DNA of 64,000 bases from Chloroflexota bacterium (GTDB lineage Bacteria; Chloroflexota; UBA11872; VXOZ01), in assembly GCA_965221905.1 (NCBI GenBank), contig OZ244922.1, positions 1,632,001 to 1,696,000 of the forward strand, in the 5' to 3' direction. This document shows positions 59,975 through 64,000 of this stretch, one piece after another. Made by a program: the position numbers and the translations under genes. Numbering within the stretch: the first letter of the stretch is position 1; every line of letters starts with the position of its first letter. The notes under the pieces are model-generated. The model ran no database searches. It had not been told where the DNA came from and saw only the letters and a list, made by a program, of their open reading frames with translations.

Positions 59975-62878
59975 ATGGCGCGCCAGACCGAGCCAAGCGT
60001 GAACAACGCCCTGGGCGGATTGCTGCAAGGCATGCTGTCCCGCAGTGATGTGCTCTCTGAGAATACGCAGACTATTACCGGACACGCGGGGTTTCACCCT
60101 GACATTCTCATCGTGGATCCGGGCCGCTCGCCGGTGGTGATAGAGGCGGAATACATGCCCGGCGCGAATGTGGAAGCCGAGGCAAAGTCCCGTTTGGGGC
60201 TGGACGTGGCGGCGAGCGGACGCCGCATCGAAGCCGTTATCGCGCTACGCTATCCCGACGCGGTGAGTGACGCCGATGATCTCCGTGCCGCGCTAGAGCA
60301 GGCCCGGCTCTCCTACTGCGTTTTTACGGAGGAACGCAAGGGCGTCAGTCGCTTTCCGGAGTCCGGCTGGCTGGATGGGTCGCCGGAAGACGTGGCCGAT
60401 CTGGTGCGCTTGGTTTCCGTGCCGCAGCGCGCCGTGGATGATGCCACCACCACGCTGCAAGAGGGCATTAGCGCGGCGGCAAAAATCCTGGACGAGATGG
60501 ACACCAATCGCCAGGCCGTCACCAAGGAGATTGCCCGCCTGCTGGGCATGAGCAACGTGCCGCAGACGCGCCGCATGGCCTGCGCCATCATCGCCAACGC
60601 CTTGGTGTTTCACGAGCGCATTGCCGGTATGCACAAGGGAGTCGATTCCTTAGAATTGGTCTGCGGCGATGACGTTGCCAATCCGAAGGGCGCGGTACTC
60701 GCGGCGTGGACGGATATTTTAAAAATCAATTATTGGGCGATTTTTGCCGTGGCGAAAGACATTCTGGCACACGTGCCCGCGGCTGAGGCGGCGCGGATTC
60801 TGTGGCGGTTGCGCGACACGGCACAAGCGGTGAGATCAATGGGCGTGGAGAATTCCCACGACCTGACCGGCCGCATCTTCCAGCGCCTCATTGCCGACCG
60901 CAAGTACCTGGCGACGTTCTACACCTTGCCCGCGTCGGCGGCGCTGCTGGCGCGGCTGGCTGTTGCCAAGCTGCAGGGCGTGGACTGGTCGGATGCTGAG
61001 GCCATCGGCAAGCTGCGGATTGCCGACTTTGCCTGCGGCACGGGCGCGTTGCTCTCGGCGGTGTACGAGCAAATAGCCGCCAAGCACGAGCGCGCCGGCG
61101 GCGATCCGGCTGCCCTGCACCGCGCGATGATGGAAGATGTGCTCTACGGCTGCGACGTCATGCCCTCGGCCATCCACATCACCGGCTCCACCCTCTCGGG
61201 CGTAGAACCAGCGGAAAGGTTTGGAAATTCCCGCCTCTATACCATGCCCTACGGTCGCCAGCCCGACACTTTTGTGAAGATTGGCTCCCTGGAGTTGCTC
61301 GTTACTGACTTCACGCTGACGCTCCTCAACACCAGCGACCCGGCTCTCCGCACCGGCAGCGTGGGTGAAGAGACCGCAACCCAAGTTACCGCCGAATTGC
61401 CCCATGAGAGCTTTGACTTGGTGATCATGAATCCGCCGTTCACGCGGGCGACAAACCATGAAGGTGCCCACGCAGACATCACTAATCCTGCGTTCGCTGC
61501 CTTTGACGCTACGCCTGAAGACCAGACCGAGATGGGGAAGCTTATCAACAAAATGGGTAAAGGGACGTGTTACCACGGCAACGCCGGCATCTCATCCGCC
61601 TTTGCCGCACTAGCAGACCGCAAGCTTAGACCCGGCGGCGTCTTGGCGCTTGTCCTCCCTTTGTCAGTTGCCGCTGGGATGTCTTGGCAGGGATTCCGTA
61701 AATTGCTGACGAGCGATTACACAGACTTGACGGTCCTCAGCATATCGGCAAACGGACACGAAATGTCGTTTTCCTCCGATACCGGCATGGCTGAGTGCTT
61801 GGTAATCGCCCGCAAACTCCATCCGGAAGAGTCCCGTCAAGAGAAGTCGTTCTTCCATTCACTCAATCGCAGGCCGAGCAGCTTCGCCAACGCAAGCTTT
61901 CTGGCAGGTCAGGCCAACTCCAACAGTGGAGTTAGGGCAATTGAAAGTGGCCCGTACGGAGGCACACGATTGATGGTGGGGGAAGAGCAATTGGGTGCAA
62001 GTGTATCTGTGCTTTGTCATACGGGTGGATTCAAGTGGGGTGCCGTTCGTCTCTCCGATTTCGCGGTAGGACAAGCCGCATTCGCTTTGTCGCAATCCCA
62101 ATTTTGGCTGCCTGGCAAGTCCAATCCCTTAGAGCTAGATCTGGGCACCCTAGGGGATGTTGGCAAGCTTGGCTTGGTGCACCGTGACATCACCGGGCCA
62201 GCTCCTCGAGGGCCTTTCGACAAGATTGCGCCAAGTCCCACAGCTACATATCCCGCGCTTTGGAACCATGATGCTGCCAAGGAGACTCGGATAGTTTGCG
62301 AGCCTGACAGTCAACTGCAGGTCAGGCAAGGTCTGGAAGATAAAGCTGCCATTGTTTGGGGCACTGCAGGTCGCTCCCATCTGAATCTTGACTTTACCTT
62401 TGGATCCCAACCTCTAGCTGTGGCATTCACCGCCCAAGAATCCATTGGAGGCAGAGTCTGGCCTAATGTCAACTTCTCAAGTAGAGCCTTCGACTATGCC
62501 TTTGCAGTGTGGGGAAATAGCACGCTTGGCTTACTTTCCTACTGGTGGCACTCCAGCCGTCAGCAGTCAAGCAAGGCTAGCATTACGATCCGTTCCGCCG
62601 AGTCACTCCCCGTGCTGGATTTCCGCGTTCTCAGCGACGAGCAACTTATCATGGCGGAGCTAATCTTCGACGAGTTCCGCGACAAAGAGTTCCAGCCGGC
62701 CTATCTGGCGGACGCCGACCCCAACCGCGCCCTCCTCGACCGCCGCGTAATCTGCGACCTCTTGGGCTTCGACGAAAAGACCTACGAAGGCGTCCGCCGC
62801 CTCGCCGCCAAATGGTGCGCCGAACCCTCCGTCCACGGCGGCAAGCCCCGACCCAAAACCGCCAAGCTGTTCATCTAA
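59975..62878 (+). CDS. Fused restriction-modification enzyme (Type IIG/IIL-like: nuclease + N6-adenine MTase + TRD)
   Basis: N-terminal PDIL...VVIEAE nuclease-like motif, MTase motif I DFACGTG, motif IV MNPPF, C-terminal putative specificity region; AAGGAG RBS. Confidence 0.8.
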   Translation: MARQTEPSVNNALGGLLQGMLSRSDVLSENTQTITGHAGFHPDILIVDPGRSPVVIEAEYMPGANVEAEAKSRLGLDVAASGRRIEAVIALRYPDAVSDADDLRAALEQARLSYCVFTEERKGVSRFPESGWLDGSPEDVADLVRLVSVPQRAVDDATTTLQEGISAAAKILDEMDTNRQAVTKEIARLLGMSNVPQTRRMACAIIANALVFHERIAGMHKGVDSLELVCGDDVANPKGAVLAAWTDILKINYWAIFAVAKDILAHVPAAEAARILWRLRDTAQAVRSMGVENSHDLTGRIFQRLIADRKYLATFYTLPASAALLARLAVAKLQGVDWSDAEAIGKLRIADFACGTGALLSAVYEQIAAKHERAGGDPAALHRAMMEDVLYGCDVMPSAIHITGSTLSGVEPAERFGNSRLYTMPYGRQPDTFVKIGSLELLVTDFTLTLLNTSDPALRTGSVGEETATQVTAELPHESFDLVIMNPPFTRATNHEGAHADITNPAFAAFDATPEDQTEMGKLINKMGKGTCYHGNAGISSAFAALADRKLRPGGVLALVLPLSVAAGMSWQGFRKLLTSDYTDLTVLSISANGHEMSFSSDTGMAECLVIARKLHPEESRQEKSFFHSLNRRPSSFANASFLAGQANSNSGVRAIESGPYGGTRLMVGEEQLGASVSVLCHTGGFKWGAVRLSDFAVGQAAFALSQSQFWLPGKSNPLELDLGTLGDVGKLGLVHRDITGPAPRGPFDKIAPSPTATYPALWNHDAAKETRIVCEPDSQLQVRQGLEDKAAIVWGTAGRSHLNLDFTFGSQPLAVAFTAQESIGGRVWPNVNFSSRAFDYAFAVWGNSTLGLLSYWWHSSRQQSSKASITIRSAESLPVLDFRVLSDEQLIMAELIFDEFRDKEFQPAYLADADPNRALLDRRVICDLLGFDEKTYEGVRRLAAKWCAEPSVHGGKPRPKTAKLFI

Positions 62879-62962
62879 TGACTGCGTAGCGACACAACGA
62901 TTCACTATTCTGCGAATGGCACAGCGAGGGACCACCGAGGAAGAAACTTTAACAGAAATTGA

Positions 62963-63205
62963 TTAGTGCTTCTTGTCCTTTGGTGGGTTTGGATCATTGC
63001 CAGGCGGGACTGTATCAGAATCACGCCACTGCCCATCCCTTCCCTGAATGGGTACCTCTCCACCACCAAGGTTTTCAACAATCTCCTTAGCTCGCGTCTC
63101 AGCTTCACGCTGTGTACTGTGAACACTGCTGGCACGCTCCGCGTTTGGTTTCTTAACGGCCCAGCCATCGGGATGGTTGACCACAAACCGTCTGTTCTTA
63201 CTCAT
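62963..63205 (-). CDS. DUF2188-like small protein
   Basis: MSKNRRFVVNHPDGWAVKKPNAERAS...TQREA...GRDGQWRDSDT...DP.PPKD; GGAGG RBS. Confidence 0.82.
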   Translation of the reverse strand: MSKNRRFVVNHPDGWAVKKPNAERASSVHSTQREAETRAKEIVENLGGGEVPIQGRDGQWRDSDTVPPGNDPNPPKDKKH

Positions 63206-63570
63206 GGAACCCTCCATATAATGCGTTTGCTTCTTATAAAGAGTACCACATATAGTGATTATTTGCAAGAGCGTGTGAGGGAAAACTTGCTGCCTTACCG
63301 GGCAGCGTGCAAGATTACGGCTGTTCGTTATTCCACAGATATGGGCCTCCCGCAAAGACTAACGGTGCGCCTAAAGAGGATATGTCGCACGATGCTTGCC
63401 GGCCTTCGCTCTTGAATGCGTACCCAAAGGTTTCACTCCACTTGCTAAGGGACTCTTGGCCGAGGAAGGCCGTATACTGTGATGGAGGTAACGAAGTGAT
63501 TCGGCGAATTGCTGAAGGGTGCCCACTACCAATTGCTTAGAGGCACGAGGTCTTCAATTAGGGAGAAGGC

Positions 63571-64000
63571 ATGAGACTTAGTAAGGTGCAAGTTACGAGT
63601 TTCCAGAGTGTGCAAGACTCTACTGAGTTTGAGATTGATGATATTACTTGCTTGGTGGGTAAGAATGAGGCTGGTAAGACGGCATTGTTGAAGGCACTGT
63701 ATCGACTTCATCCAGTTAACAGGGCAGATCATAGCTTTGACGCAACAACTGAATACCCACGACAATTGGTAGCCGAGTACGAAGACGACGTTGCTGCTGA
63801 ACGCCGAGAACCAGCGAAAGTCATTCAAGCCACGTTTGCGTTCGAATCTGAAGATGTCGCCGCTGTTGAAGCTGTGTTTGGTTCGGACTGTCTTGAAAAC
63901 GCAAACCCAACCCTAACTCTTTGGAAAAGATACCCTGCCTCAATGTATTTCAGAATCTCTAGTGTGAATTCTGAGGCAGCTTTGAAGTATCTTGTTGAGA
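63571..64000 (+). CDS. ABC/AAA ATPase of OLD-family (ATP-dependent nuclease) type, truncated by the window edge
   Basis: Manual translation MRLSKVQVTSFQSVQDSTEFEIDDITCLVGKNEAGKTALLKALYRL... with Walker A GKNEAGKT; GGAGAAGG RBS; open to the window end. Confidence 0.8.
   Translation, partial: MRLSKVQVTSFQSVQDSTEFEIDDITCLVGKNEAGKTALLKALYRLHPVNRADHSFDATTEYPRQLVAEYEDDVAAERREPAKVIQATFAFESEDVAAVEAVFGSDCLENANPTLTLWKRYPASMYFRISSVNSEAALKYLVE

Overview
A GC-rich bacterial chromosomal segment. Chloroflexota is my inferred origin, from LysM/LCP cell-wall proteins, a Tat-lipoprotein solute-binding protein, a CofC-like protein and an expanded Gfo/Idh/MocA family; the sequence alone does not prove it. About 50 CDS. 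(i) Many catabolic oxidoreductases and hydrolases: 7 Gfo/Idh/MocA (two are a tandem 358-aa paralogue pair), SDRs, AKR, VOC, an enolase-like protein and an aldolase. (ii) Central metabolism: acnA, a split transketolase, a CoA-transferase/HAD/thiolase/SDR cluster, and a TCA cluster (sucC-sucD-ceramidase-like, korA-korB, sdhA-sdhB-HdrB/CCG-type subunit, mdh). (iii) Defence-like genes: a 1164-aa SIR2 (Dsr1-like) protein, an orphan HerA-like ATPase, a fused restriction-modification enzyme, and a truncated OLD-like ABC ATPase at the right edge. (iv) A PLP histidine/serine-decarboxylase-like gene coupled to an ACT protein, preceded by a small membrane-peptide ORF and a ~225-nt candidate structured RNA. 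Intergenic DNA carries several REP/MITE-like palindrome families, some nested and one forming a 5 x 42-bp array; two palindrome copies sit in frame inside the HerA-like gene. I saw no rRNA, tRNA, CRISPR array or intact transposase. All product calls come from motifs recognised by eye; no database search was run.
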